From Eledone cirrhosa (lineage: Eukaryota), in contig OZ024760.1 in NCBI GenBank assembly GCA_964016885.1, positions 12,462,001-12,526,000 of the forward strand: DNA of 64,000 nucleotides. The letters are read 5' to 3'. The notes beneath the pieces are model-generated. The model had not been told where the DNA came from, did no database searches, and was given only the letters and a program-made list of their open reading frames with translations. A program made the position numbers and the translations under genes. The stretch's first letter is position 1; the number at the start of each line of letters is the position of its first letter. Of this stretch, positions 11,282 to 23,711 are shown one piece after another.

Positions 11282-13891
11282 GGCCTGTGTCTATTACTAG
11301 ATTTAAGAACCTACATTTCATATCTAGCATGGGTTTAGGTCAGCAGCCACCACTATTTTCCCTGGAAACTTTGACCTGCAGATGTTCAACTGGGTCATCT
11401 GGGTCATATCAGTCTTAGCCAGGGTGACAAGACTTGTTTGTATATATGAGGTCATTTACAAACACTACCCATTCTCCATCCACCCCCACACTACACCACA
11501 CCACACGACACTTCACTACACCACACTACCACACCACACTACACCACATCACACCACACCATTCCACACCACACTACACTATACCACACACCACACTGCA
11601 CCACACCACATCCCTTCCCTCACAAACTGTCTTTAGTTTAAAGCACTAAAATAATATTTGTAGTTAACACTGAGAGATTTGCACTTCAATCCTACTAATT
11701 AATTAGTTGTGTTAATTATTTAGTGTTTGATTAGGCCAATTAACCTTGTCAAACTGGCAAAGTTTTAATTTCCTATTACTTTGGATTTTTAAGTGTCGAC
11801 ATTTGTAAAACCAGTTTAATGACTTGCTCAGTAACACTTAACCCATTCATGGCCACATATCTAATGACATACACTCTGCTTCAATGAAACAATGAAGAAT
11901 TTTTGGGAATTACTAAAATTATCAATTATTTCATTAATAAGATAATAACTTAACCATTTTATGGCCACATTTCTAATGAAATACGCTCTATTTCAATTAG
12001 TTAATGAAGAATTTACTAAAATTATCAATTATTTCATTACCAAGATAATAACTTAATCATTTCATTACCACATTTCTAATGAAATAAACTCGATTGCAAT
12101 TAGCTAATGAAGAATTTTCAGGAATTTACTACAATTATTAATTATTTCATTAGCATATTTCTAATGAAATAAACTCTATTTTAGTTAATTAAATGAAGAA
12201 TTTCAAGGGATTTACTAAAATTATCACTTTTTGGCCGGGTCAGTAACTTAAAGGTTAAAGGAAAAAAAAGTAATAATAATAATAATAATGGTTTCTTTAT
12301 TGGCCACAAGGGCTAACATGAAGACAAAAACATTACAGACGGCACAGGACGATACAAAGTGGGTTTTGGCCGTGTAATAATAATGAGGAGGAGGAGGAGG
12401 AGAAGCACTAAATTGTATGTCTGTTATCTTTTTATGTTTTTATTTGTTATTTTCAGCCCCTAAAGAGCAGAGCTATGAGTAACAGATATGAAAGCAGGTC
12501 ATAGAAAGGGTTTCGATCAGAGAGCCTAGCTTCTATTTAACACCAACCCCTCTCCCGCCCCACCCCCACCCCTTCCATCAGCTCCCATTAACTGTTATCA
12601 ATCAATAAATCAAAAATCAATACTATTTGGGCTTGGTTAGAACCATTATTGTCAATGTTGGTTGATATTTGAGCAATTAGTGTAACTAAGTAGCGAGGGT
12701 GGACCGGGGGGAGGGAGGAAACATGAGAAACAAGTTTTTGACAAGTTTTCGATCCTATTTTACGGAGGAAGGTCAGCTGTCCAGGGTCCGAAGACGCCTG
12801 AGGTCTGGTCTCGACAGGTGCAAAGGGGAAGGGGCCTGACAAGCCCCAGTATTTGCTTGTCATTGTGTCCACTGCAATAGTTGGTCACAACCATATCTAA
12901 ATAAGTATTGAAAGAAGTCTTGTAATTGTGTTCGTTAATAAACGACTTAACAGAAATATACACAACAAACTAATTTCGTTGTTCCGTTATTCTGTTCCAA
13001 CCCTTAAAAGACTTAGTTAGATAACATTATTCTTTTAATTGCGTTCGTTAATGAGCATAACTGAAATTTAAACAACAAACTAATTCTGTTATTCTGTCCC
13101 AGTTAGATAGATATTCTCTTAAAGCGTGTTCGTTAATAAACGACATAACAATAATATACACAACAAAGCTAATCCGTTATTCTGTCCCAGCCATTGAAAG
13201 AGAAAGACTTAGTTATTAATAGATAGATATTCTTTTAAATCGTGTTCGTTAATACATTCTTCGGCGCTGTGAATCATCACCACCACCATCACCATCAACA
13301 TCATCATCATCATCATGAGTAACATTAGTAACAGTAACAGCAGTAGTAGTGGCAGCAGCAGCAGTAGCAACGATCTGTTGCTACTTGTTCTCAAAACATT
13401 GAAAGAGAAGAGGAAGGAGTAAAAACAACAAAACTGCCGCTAATTCAAATCAAATCCACCCCCAAAAACTTCAATATCCCCGCCCCCTCCCCAGTCCCTG
13501 CCCTTTCATTCTCACTTTCCTTCCATCTTACAAAGCAACTATTCTCTCTCTCCTTCTTCTTCGTCTCTTTCTCTTCCTTCTCTTTCTTCTTCGTCTCTTT
13601 CTCTTCCTTCTTCTTCTTATCTTCTCTCTTCTTTGCACCTTTCTTCTCTCTGCTTCTTCTTCGTGGTTATTCTCTTGCTTTTCCTTCTCTCTTTTTCATC
13701 CCTCTCTTCTCTCTTCTTCTATCTCCCCATCTCTCTCTTCTTCTCCCTTCTTCGCTCTCCCTCATCCTCCCCTTCTCTCTCCCTCAGACCTCGCCGTCGT
13801 TCACTGTTCTTTCTTCCTCACCTTACTCTTCATATATATCATTTTACATATTGTCCGTTCCGAATCTACTTCACATCACGGAAATATTACC

Positions 13892-13913
13892 ATGGAAGAC
13901 GGGGACACAGACG
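13892..13913 (+). CDS. ZC2HC1A: ZC2HC1A-like exon 1 (MEDGDTD)
   Basis: accATGG Kozak-like context, G|gtaaac donor, phase 1 fits the next exon. Confidence 0.6.
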
Positions 13914-14178
13914 GTAAACAAACCAACCCCCTTTTTATCTATCTATCTGTCAATTTCTCTCTCTCTCTCTCTCCCCCCTCTCTCTATCTATCTAGCCCCC
14001 GTTATTTATTTTAACAAAGTACCAGTAATGCACTGGTTATTTGTTGGCCTTGTGCCTAAAGTAGAAAGAGTTATTTATTTTAACCCCTTTTCACCCTAAT
14101 TTACTTTCATATTAGACGTAGAAGTTAAGGTCTAAAACACTCGTATGAAGGGGTCTCTTACCACCATCATTTCATATA

Positions 14179-14224
<46 letters not shown>

Positions 14225-14276
14225 CATCGTTTAACGTCCATCTTCCACGCTAGCATGGGTTGGACCGGTTTGTACC

Positions 14277-14335
<59 letters not shown>

Positions 14336-14527
14336 ATAATAAATTTAAAGACTAAAATCCAAAGAGGGCTCGATAAGGATAAATATATATCAAATATATA
14401 AGAACCGTAGAGCAAATATTTATTAAAATAACAGATTAAAGTTTAAGCAAAGAATCGCTGCTTTCACCCTTAACGGGATCTTCACATTTATTATTACTAT
14501 ACATATACATATATATATATATATAAC

Positions 14528-14562
<35 letters not shown>

Positions 14563-14566
<4 letters not shown>

Positions 14567-14645
14567 TTAATATAGATGAGATTCCTGATGATTTCTAAAG
14601 AATGAAACAGTTCTAGTCCTGTAGAATCTCATCTATATTAAAACT
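14563..14645 (+). ncRNA. Complete type I hammerhead ribozyme, GUA cleavage after 14623, in ZC2HC1A intron 1 (sense)
   Basis: 22-bp perfect stem I (agttttaatatagatgagattc/gaatctcatctatattaaaact), CTGATGA 14585-14591, short stem II ttc-taaa-gaa, GAAA 14604-14607, stem III cag/ctg. Confidence 0.85.
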
Positions 14646-15221
14646 TTTATACTCTGCTATGTATTGAGTACCTTACTTACTGTGGTTACCTCCGATTCAA
14701 CCCGGAATAACGTATATATATATATATATGTTGATATATATAATTTCATATAATATATATATATATATCATTTCAATATATCACATATGTCGTTTATTTT
14801 TTTAGTTTTACGGCGCCAGCTTAACTATTTCTTAACCGGACGCTCGGACCTGCTAGAAACAGCAGCAACATCTCCCTCATAGCATACACCACGACAACCA
14901 TTAACACTACCACCATCAACACTACCACCACCAACAACAATAACAACACCACCGCCACCAACACCACAAATACCACCACACCATCAACAACAACACCATC
15001 ACAACCACCACAAACAACACCACCACCACGAACACCACCAACAACAACAACAACACCACCACCAACAACACTACCACCAACATGATCTGAATAAGGTGAA
15101 ACAATTGTCCTCGGTAACAGTGAACTAACTGTTGTGGAACTACTTCTACCAAACTTGTCCCATGGACTGAGTGTTCTGCTACTACGGACATAACCCTCCA
15201 ATGTTCTATTATATATATATA

Positions 15222-15412
15222 GGAAAAAGTATGACCCCGACGGCAGAGCTCAAGCCGTTTCGACGGCTATTTCAGTCCAGAAAAAGCCGTCGAAACGGCT
15301 TGAGCTCTGCCGTCGGGGTCATACTTTTTCCTATTTCCCACTCTACTACCCTAAGTATTGAGTACTCTGGTGCGTTATGGTCCATCTGGTTCCTTACCAC
15401 AATTCCTTTGTT
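15222..15412 (+). mobile_element. Fold-back element family with hammerhead 3' half (GAAA-cggc..gccG-TC); relatives at ~10153-10200, 24310-24392, 45960-46060, 48698-48890, 54480-54625
   Basis: About 50-bp perfect inverted arms, (TA)n flanks, recurring sequence. Confidence 0.65.
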
Positions 15413-15669
15413 ATATATATATATATATAATATACGATATTAAATAAATGGAAACTATATTTATAAAACCATATTTAATATATATAATATATATATATAT
15501 ATATAATATTAATAAATGGAAAATATCTTTATAAAACCACATTTAAAGATATTTTCCATTAATATTATTGATATTAATGATACTCTGGATAAAATCCGTT
15601 GAGTGCTTCTAATCTGTTGTAAATTAACTTTGTTGAATAATCAACAAACCAACTAACTCATTGCTTATA

Positions 15670-16200
15670 ATCATCATCATCATCGTTTAACGTCCATCTT
15701 CCACGCTAGCATGGGTCTGGACGGGAATTGTCCCACTTGAGGCAAGATTGGTTGTCCTGCAGGTTTTCTATGGCTGGATGCCCTTCCTAACACCAACCAC
15801 GTTTACAGTGTGAACTGGGAGGTGTTTACCGTGTTACCTACACGGCCACATTACAGCGTGGACTGTGTGTTTTTTTTGTCGTGACACCTACACGACCTCA
15901 TTTATTTAGGACTGGATGTTGTGGCACCAACATAACTTTACATCAAAAGGGGTGGTATGGATGGCGGTAGGGGTAGTGGGACAGGGGTGTATTTTGGTTA
16001 AGAGGTGCCTATTGACTGTAGGTTTCGCTTTGTAACTTAGGCAAGGCGGGTCTTCTGTATTACTGTGTAGCGCCAAAGATCTCGGTCCAGTGACATTGTC
16101 TTGGAGAGGTGTAAGTGTGTGAGGTCTGAATTCATCAAGTCGTCCCAGGTTTTTCTGGGCCTGCCTACTCCTTAGCTATCGTCTATTTTGATCGCTCTGC

Positions 16201-16203
<3 letters not shown>
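15670..16203 (-). mobile_element. RTE LINE 3' end/UTR fragment
   Basis: GRPRKTWD on minus strand; 3' UTR shared with 17985-18290. Confidence 0.7.
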
Positions 16204-16270
<67 letters not shown>

Positions 16271-16684
16271 ATAGAGAGACAGTTATTGATTTTGACATGA
16301 ACTATTCATATTGATATATTATAGATTTTAAGATGAACAAATGATTCCTTTGTTATGAAAAACTGGACATCCTATGAATGACTATCTTAGTAACTAAATT
16401 GGCTGACTATAGCTGAGACACTAAACAGTATCTTAATGAGCTTGTTTCTATCTCTACCTATAATATATACTGAAGGTTGACATAAGGACAGGGTAATGGT
16501 TAACTGTCATGCATTATGTGTATAATTCTCCGAGGTTAACCTTGCCTTTCATCCTTACGGGGTTGATAAAATAAAGTACCAGTAATGCACTGGGATAATT
16601 GCTGGCCTTGTGCCAAAAGTTGAAACAATTATATGTGTATATGTATATATCTGTCTGTCTGTCTGTCTGTATATATATATCTAT

Positions 16685-16963
16685 CTAAGGCGGGTAAAAT
16701 TCCCGAGATCCATGGACGAGTTCTCTCCAGCGGTCTCTGTCCCTCATTATCGCTGCCATGTCCTGCGTCTCCAACAGACCAGTGTCTGTCCTTAGGGCAT
16801 CAACATACGTTAACCTTGGTCTTCCTCTTCTAGTGTGTCCATGTAGGGGCTCCCAAAGGAGCACTGAGTGCAATGTCAACTCTGGATGTCGGTGAGCATG
16901 TCCAGCCAACCTCAGTCTCCTCTGTGTCACTTTTGAGCTGACTTTTGGGATGCTCCCATACAG

Positions 16964-16968
<5 letters not shown>
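16685..16968 (-). mobile_element. RTE/RTEX-type LINE C-terminal fragment
   Basis: QRRLRLAGHAHRH..VLLWEP..RGRPRLTYVD..DRDRWR. Confidence 0.8.
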
Positions 16969-17034
<66 letters not shown>

Positions 17035-17269
17035 AAAGTATATGTTGAGTTAGAAATTCAAAATAGTCTCTTACAATAAAATAGCTTTAGGAAAAAAAAT
17101 GTTCCGGAGAGATAAATACAGATATATACATATATGTGTTCAAATCATAAGGGGCCAGATTCACTAGGGTGAATAGGATACTAACTATGAACAATACGGT
17201 TTGCCAGACTCAATTTAAAAGAATAAATTAAGAAAAAGTACAAACCCTAATTGAGACAACTATCAATTG

Positions 17270-17347
17270 TACATCCAGACAGCTTTTGGTAAAACTGTTT
17301 CGCAAGTGAAGGGAATTACCAATTCTATTGCTCGTCAGTGATATGTA
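17270..17347 (-). ncRNA. Complete type I hammerhead ribozyme, GUC triplet
   Basis: Minus strand: tacatatca-CTGACGA-gcaa..ttgc-GAAA-cag ttttaccaaaag ctg-TC-tggatgta. Confidence 0.8.
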
Positions 17348-17435
17348 TGTAAAAGGTAAACAGAAATAACAACACAATCAGTACAGTATATGGAAGGAAT
17401 ATATTAGGTTAACGCTTGAAATAGCAGGAAGAGGG

Positions 17436-17471
17436 TCTTAACGTTTCAGACGCTAGTCCTTCATCAGAAGA
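17436..17471 (-). ncRNA. Minimal hammerhead motif (tctt-CTGATGA-aggactagcgtct-GAAACGTT-aaga)
   Basis: Core intact, stem II ggac/gtct, palindromic ACGT stem III (dimer type), 4-bp stem I. Confidence 0.65.
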
Positions 17472-17585
17472 AAGAATGAGAAATAAGATAGATTGAAGGG
17501 ACGGGTGGGGTGGAATTGGAAAAAATGTCTTTAGATAAAAATTTATATTTATATATATAGAGATAGGTATAATTGCAACCAGCCA

Positions 17586-17620
<35 letters not shown>

Positions 17621-17938
17621 CACAAAGAGAAGTGTGTTACCCAGTGAGATGTGTGTAAATAATTATTACAAGTGATTTAAAACTCTGATTCAGGGATTTG
17701 ATTCTGACTTAGTTTTTTTCTATTTAATTGCTAAACCTGTAGATATTGTTCTCTATACAGTAACGGTAAAACTCACTTGTAATAATTCTTTACACACATC
17801 TCACTGTGTAACACACTTCTCTTTGTGTAATATATTTGCATTTGAGCTCAGAAGAAAATTCTCTCTTCTTCTTTGAGCTAATATTATTATTATTATTATT
17901 ATTACTGTGAACTGCGGAATACTCTTAATTCCGATCTT

Positions 17939-17984
<46 letters not shown>

Positions 17985-17987
<3 letters not shown>

Positions 17988-19672
17988 TCATCATCATCAT
18001 CATCACCGTTTTACGTCCGTTCTTCCACGCTAGCATGGGTTAGACGGGTTGTCCTGTTGTGGGCAGTGTCTGGTCGGCTGACCATGCCTTGCTCATACAG
18101 GAACTGATCTGGCTTGATTTCTACAGCTGGATGCCCTTCCTAACACCAACCTCATTTACAGTGAGTGCTGGGTGCTTTTTCGTGGCGCCTACACGTCCAC
18201 TTTACAGTGTGGGCTGGGTGCTTTTTTGCCGTGGCACCTCCACGACCACCTTGCGGTGGGGGGGGGGGGCATATTGTTTATATGCTTCAGCATGTACCCA
18301 TGGGAGGTCGGGTACCCTGTATTACTGCGTGACGCCAGAAGTCACGGTCGTGTGTCATTGACTTTGAGAGGTGTAGTTGGGTAAGGTCGGCTTTTATCAC
18401 CTCATCCCAAGTCATCTTGGGTCTCCCCACTCCGCGGTTTCCATCAACTTCTAGTGCTCTGCACCTTTTTATGCAGCTGTCATCCTTCATACGCATCACA
18501 TGTCCATACCAGCGTAACCGCCTCTCCTGCACGCAGCATTTGATTCCTCTTATGCTCAGTCTCTCTCTCAATTCATTTATGCTTTGTCGTTCACGTATAT
18601 TACTGTTACACATCCATCGGAGCATGCAGGCTTCGTTTCTCTCTAATCTACGTAAGTCTTCCACCTTCAGCGCCCAGGTCTCACTACCATGCAACATCGC
18701 TGTTCGGATACACGCATCATACAGTCTGCCTTTCATTCTGAGGGAGAAGCCTTTTGCAGCTAGCAGTGGTAGTAGTTCCCTAAACTTCTTCCATCCCGTT
18801 CTTACCCTAGTTATTGTACTTTCTGAGCACCCACCTCCGTTGCTAATTCGGTCACCTAGGTAGCAGAAGCTGTCTACTGTTTCTACAGGGCCCTCCCAGA
18901 GATTGGTGGTACTTGTTTCCTGTGGCTGTTTGCTTGCTGTTTCAGCACAGCTGCTGCATGTGAATCCTACATTCTTAATTAAGCTTCCTGAGATCCCGCT
19001 ACATCTCTTGTGTACCCATTGTTTGCATTTGGGGCAAAGAATGGAGTTCCTACCTACACCTTTCCTACATACTGAGCAAGGCCATTTCCCTGAGGGGATC
19101 TGGGTTCTGTTTTCTCGTCTACTTATAAGGACCTTAGTCTTTGTCATGTTGACTTTGAGGCCCTTTCTCTCTAGTCCCTGCTTCCAGGTTTGGAATTTAT
19201 TCTCTAGTTCTACCATAGATTCAGCTATGAGTGCGAGGTCATCAGCATACAGGAGTTCCCATGGGCATCCGGTCTTAAACTCCTCCGTTATTGCCTGCAG
19301 GACTATGATGAACAGGAGAGGGCTAAGAACAGAGCCCTGGTGGACCCCAACCTGTACGCTAAATTCCTCGCTATACTCATTGCCAATCCTAACTTTGCTG
19401 ACTGCTCCCCTATACATGGCTTGTACCGCTTTCACAAGCCATTCATCTACTCCTAGTTTTCTAAGAGCCCACCAGATTACTGCACGTGGAACTCTGTCAA
19501 AGGCTTTCTCAAGGTCGACAAATGCCAAGTAGAGTGGCTTACTTTTAGCTAGGTACTTTTCCTGTAATTGCCTCACAAGGAAGAGCGCATCAGTGGTGCC
19601 TTTCCCTGGAACAAACCCAAATTGCATCTCGTCTATATTCACCCGGTCCCTAATCAGCTGTGCTATAACTCT
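17985..19672 (-). mobile_element. 5'-truncated RTE-clade LINE: intact RT C-terminal ORF (18287-~19672) with PHD-like Cys/His insert, 3' UTR and (ATG)n tail
   Basis: QFGFVPGKGTTDA, AFVDLEKAFDRV, GVHQGSVLSPLLF, LLYADDL, FCYLG, RRLRWYGHV, DRDFWR motifs; CSVC..CPKCKQWVHKRC..CSSC. Confidence 0.95.
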
Positions 19673-19844
19673 TTCTGTATATATATATATCTTTCTGTAT
19701 ATATATATATATATATACAGTTGTATATATATATATACATACACACCTACCTTTTTATATCTAAAATATTAAAGGTGAGTCAGACTTTACTTTAAAAGTA
19801 GACAACAGTAGATTTCTTTGTGTGGTTATATACATACATACATC

Positions 19845-19880
<36 letters not shown>

Positions 19881-21056
19881 GATGTATGTATGTATATAAT
19901 GTATGTATATAAACATAATAAACATACATATATATTTATACATACTGTAGCAGTTTGAATATCCAAAGGTGGATGTGTGGAGTGAACTCAACCAGGTTTG
20001 AAACACATGTTCCATGTTTTTTGTAAGCCTAGCAGTACATAGACACATATTTATAATTGTGTGTATGTATGTATATATATATATATATACACACACATAT
20101 ATATATATATTATGGAGTGCTGTTGGCTTTTCGCTGCAATGTTTTCTATACCTTTCATTTATATATATATATATAGAGGAGTCTTCCCCATTATCTCTTT
20201 CTCACTCCCTCTCCTCTAGCACTATCTCTCTCTACATCTCTCGAGTAAATTAGCTGGGTGCTACATTCTATCATATATATATACACACACACACACGCAC
20301 ATATATATATATGATAGAATGTAGCACCCAGCTAATTTACTCGAGAGATGTAGAGAGAGATAGTGCTAGAGGAGAGGGAGTGAGAAAGAGATAATGGGGA
20401 AGACTCCTATATATATATATATAAAGCCCAGCAGGATATAAACTTAGAGCCCAAATCATTTGATCTGATATTCTAACGACTCTACTACTACTACTAATAC
20501 TACATCATCATCATCACTGTCATCATCAAGTTTTTTTTTTTTCATTATGTAGAACACAATCCCTAAGTAGGGGTGGGTCCCAGTGGGTCCCACCCTATGT
20601 GTTTCTGTCCCCCGGTCTCACTTGAGCCAGACCAAGCCTAGCTTGATCTCGACGGATATCCTCTATCCCTCCTCCATCCAAGTCCTTTTTGGTCTCCCTG
20701 GGTCTCTACTGCCCTCTGGATCAACATTCATCACTTTACTGATCCAGTCCTCACTGCAGCGCTTGACATGGCCATACCAGTGTCTTCCTGGGTCTCTACT
20801 GCCCCCTGGGTTGACATTCATCACTTTACTGATCCAGTCCTCACTGCAGCACTTGACATGGCCATACCAGTGTCTTCCTGGGTCTCTACTGCCCCCTGGG
20901 TTGACATCCAACACTTTGTCCATCCAGCCCTCACTCAACATGGCCACACCAGCAGATGTGTCTCATGTGTTGCCTAAACATAGGTTGTACATTGTAAATT
21001 ATATTAATTAAAGCTAATGTTAATTATATATGCTGTTTCATATTTCTTCTTTTTAG

Positions 21057-21118
21057 ATTCAAATATGATTCTGGAGTCATGTGAGTTTTGTGGCCGTAAC
21101 TTTAATGACAGGGTATTG
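21057..21118 (+). CDS. ZC2HC1A: ZC2HC1A-like exon 2 (DSNMILESCEFCGRNFNDRVL), first C2HC finger
   Basis: ttcttttttag acceptor, TTG|gtaagt donor; CxxCGRxF motif of zf-C2HC_2. Confidence 0.9.
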
Positions 21119-21169
21119 GTAAGTATTTATTTTATTTTATTGTCTATTAAAGTGTGACAATGTGTGGAT

Positions 21170-22030
21170 GTATTTTATTGTGGTACCAGCTCTACCACTT
21201 TTACAGACTGTACCCGGTGTATTTCACAGTGGTACCAGCTCTACCTTTTTTACAGACTGTACCAGGTACATTTTACATTGGTACCAACTCTAGTTTCCTC
21301 TTTTACAGACTACCAGGTACATTTTACAGTGGTACCAGCTCTAGCTACCTCTTTTACAGACTGTACCAGGTACATTTTACATTGGTACCAACTCTAGCTA
21401 CCTCTTTTACAGACTACCAGGTACATTTTACAGTGGTACCAGCTCTAGCTACCTCTTTTACAGACTGTACCAGGTACATTTTACATTGGTACCAACTCTA
21501 GCTACCTCTTTTACAGACTACCAGGTACATTTTACAGTGGTACCAGCTCTAGCTACCTCTTTTACAGACTGTACCAGGTACATTTTACATTGGTACCAAC
21601 TCTAGCTACCTCTTTTACAGACTACCAGGTACATTTTACAGTGGTACCAGCTCTAGCTACCTCTTTTACAGACTGTACCAGGTACATTTTACATTGGTAC
21701 CAACTCTAGCTACCTCTTTTACAGACTACCAGGTACATTTTACAGTGGTACCAGCTCTAGCTACTTCTTTTACAGACTGTACCAGGTACATTTTACAGTG
21801 GTACCAGCTCTACCACTTCACAGTGTACCAGGTACATTTTACAATGGTACCAACTCTAGCTACCTCTTTTACAGACTGTACCAGGTACATTTTACAGTGG
21901 TACCAGCTCTAGCTACCTCTTTTACAGACTGTACCAAGTACATTTTACAGTGGTACCAGCTCTACCTCTTCTCAGAGTGTACTGCATGTATTTTATTGTT
22001 GTACCAGTTCTACCTACCACTTTTACAGAC
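21170..22030 (+). repeat. Minisatellite with alternating 53/51-bp units (104-bp dimer)
   Basis: cttttacaga recurs at 21351, 21404, 21455; ctgtacc and ctacc variants alternate. Confidence 0.9.
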
Positions 22031-22152
22031 TGGTGGTGGTGGTGACTATGGTGGTGTTGTTGTGGTGGTTATGGTGGTGGTGGTGGGGGTGATGGTGAAG
22101 GTGGTAGTGGTGAAGGTGGTGGCGGTGGTGTTGATGATGATGATGGTGGTGT

Positions 22153-22183
<31 letters not shown>

Positions 22184-22237
22184 GATGATGATAACAGGTG
22201 TAATTGAAAAGAAATGTGTTGATTTGCTTGTTTCCAG

Positions 22238-22360
22238 AGGAAACACAAGGAAATATGTGCCAAGGTGTCAACTAAGAAGAGGAGAGTATTTGATTCAACA
22301 AAACAACGAGCTGAGGCACTGCATATGTCAGTACAACAGGTGAAACAAAACTTGAAAAAG
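22238..22360 (+). CDS. ZC2HC1A: ZC2HC1A-like exon 3 (RKHKEICAKVSTKKRRVFDSTKQRAEALHMSVQQVKQNLKK)
   Basis: HxxIC..KKRxxFDS..QR signature of the ZC2HC1 family; AG/GT borders, phase 0/0. Confidence 0.92.
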
Positions 22361-23109
22361 GTGAGAAAACTGAGATCAACTTACTGGTTGTTGTATAGTG
22401 GTGGTGTGATGGTTGGAGTATGATGGTGGTGTGGTGTGGTGGTTGGAGTGGTTGTTGTGGTATGATGGTGGTGTGGTGGTTGGAGTGGTTGTTGTGGTAT
22501 GATGGTGGTGTGGTGGTTGGAGTAGTGTGGTGGTTGTGTGGAGTGATGTGATGGTTGTGGTGGTGTGATAGTTGTGTGGTGGTGTAGTGGTGTGATGGTT
22601 GTAGTGGTTGTTGTGGTGTGGTGGTGTCGGTGGTGTAGTGATGTGATGGTTGTAGTGGTTGTTGTGGTGGTGTAGTGGTGTGATGGTTGTAGTGGTTGTT
22701 GTGGTGGATGTGGTGGTGGTGGTATGGTGGTGGATGTGGTGGTGGTTTTGGCAGTGTAATGGTTGTGGTATTGTAGTAATTGTGGAAGCAGTATGGTGTT
22801 TGTGGCGAATGTAAAGGCCTGATTGTGTAGTGTTGGTTGTGGTGGGGGGGGGGGGTATGATGGTGGTGTGGTGATGGTATGATGGTTGTGGTGGTGGTGG
22901 TATGATGGTGGTGTCATGCTGGTTATGGTAGTCTGATAGTGAGGGATTGTGGTGTGGTGGTGTTTATGGTGGTATGATGGTAGAGTGGGGGTGGTAGTTG
23001 TGACAGTTTGATGGTGTGGCCGTCTGAATTACCGGTACAGCTCATTTTTACCAAAAGAACAAATGAGTCCCTAAATCTAAGACCCACAACTTTTGTTTCC
23101 TTCTCTCAG

Positions 23110-23248
23110 GAAATTCCGATACCAAAGTCCAATTGGAGAGCCAAGCACCAAGACTTTATAAATTCCATCCGAAATGCGAAGAAGGTGAGCCAGGCTGTAG
23201 CTGAAGGGAAACCACTCCCTCCTCCTCCACCACCATTAATTAATGCAG
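23110..23248 (+). CDS. ZC2HC1A: ZC2HC1A-like exon 4 (EIPIPKSNWRAKHQDFINSIRNAKKVSQAVAEGKPLPPPPPPLINA)
   Basis: SNWRxKHxxFIxxIRxAK..GxPLPPPPP family motif; AG/GT borders. Confidence 0.93.
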
Positions 23249-23641
23249 GTAAGATGATATTGGATATTGATGACAAGATACACCTGTCACTTGTAATAGA
23301 GTATGACTTGGTAGGATGTGTAGTGCTTTCTATAAGGAGGGGGAGGGGGTAGGAGCCTGCCCATGCAGTCAGAGACACAGGCACCATTTTAACCCCCTCC
23401 TCCTTCCTCAGTCTGCAGTGCTGAGACCGAGGAGACCTCTAATCATGGGAGTACTCAATACATGGGGAGATGTAGAGTGAGTATAGCGATATGTGAAATC
23501 CCAACCGTGGTGCCAAGTTTGGGATTTTACACATCTCTCTCTCTCTATATATATATTTATGTATGGAGGGGGAACATTAGGTGTAGTGTTGGTGAATTTC
23601 AGGAAGCATGGAGGTTTTAAAGGATGCAGTGTCTCGGCAGC

Positions 23642-23711
<70 letters not shown>

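Noticed and set aside
8286-12863. Alternative minus-strand 3-exon model MTSKYW..VSH / LSPLRSRVV..YH / NSSDIYDNPS*
   Set aside because: Phases fit, but donors are weak (gtttcc, gtttgt) and the F/L-rich middle exon reads like the antisense of the Lys-rich plus-strand exon; not excluded without stranded RNA-seq
19673-19744. N-terminal MYVYIYIQLY.. of the 485-aa ORF
   Set aside because: Microsatellite read-through upstream of a 5'-truncated LINE, not a real start
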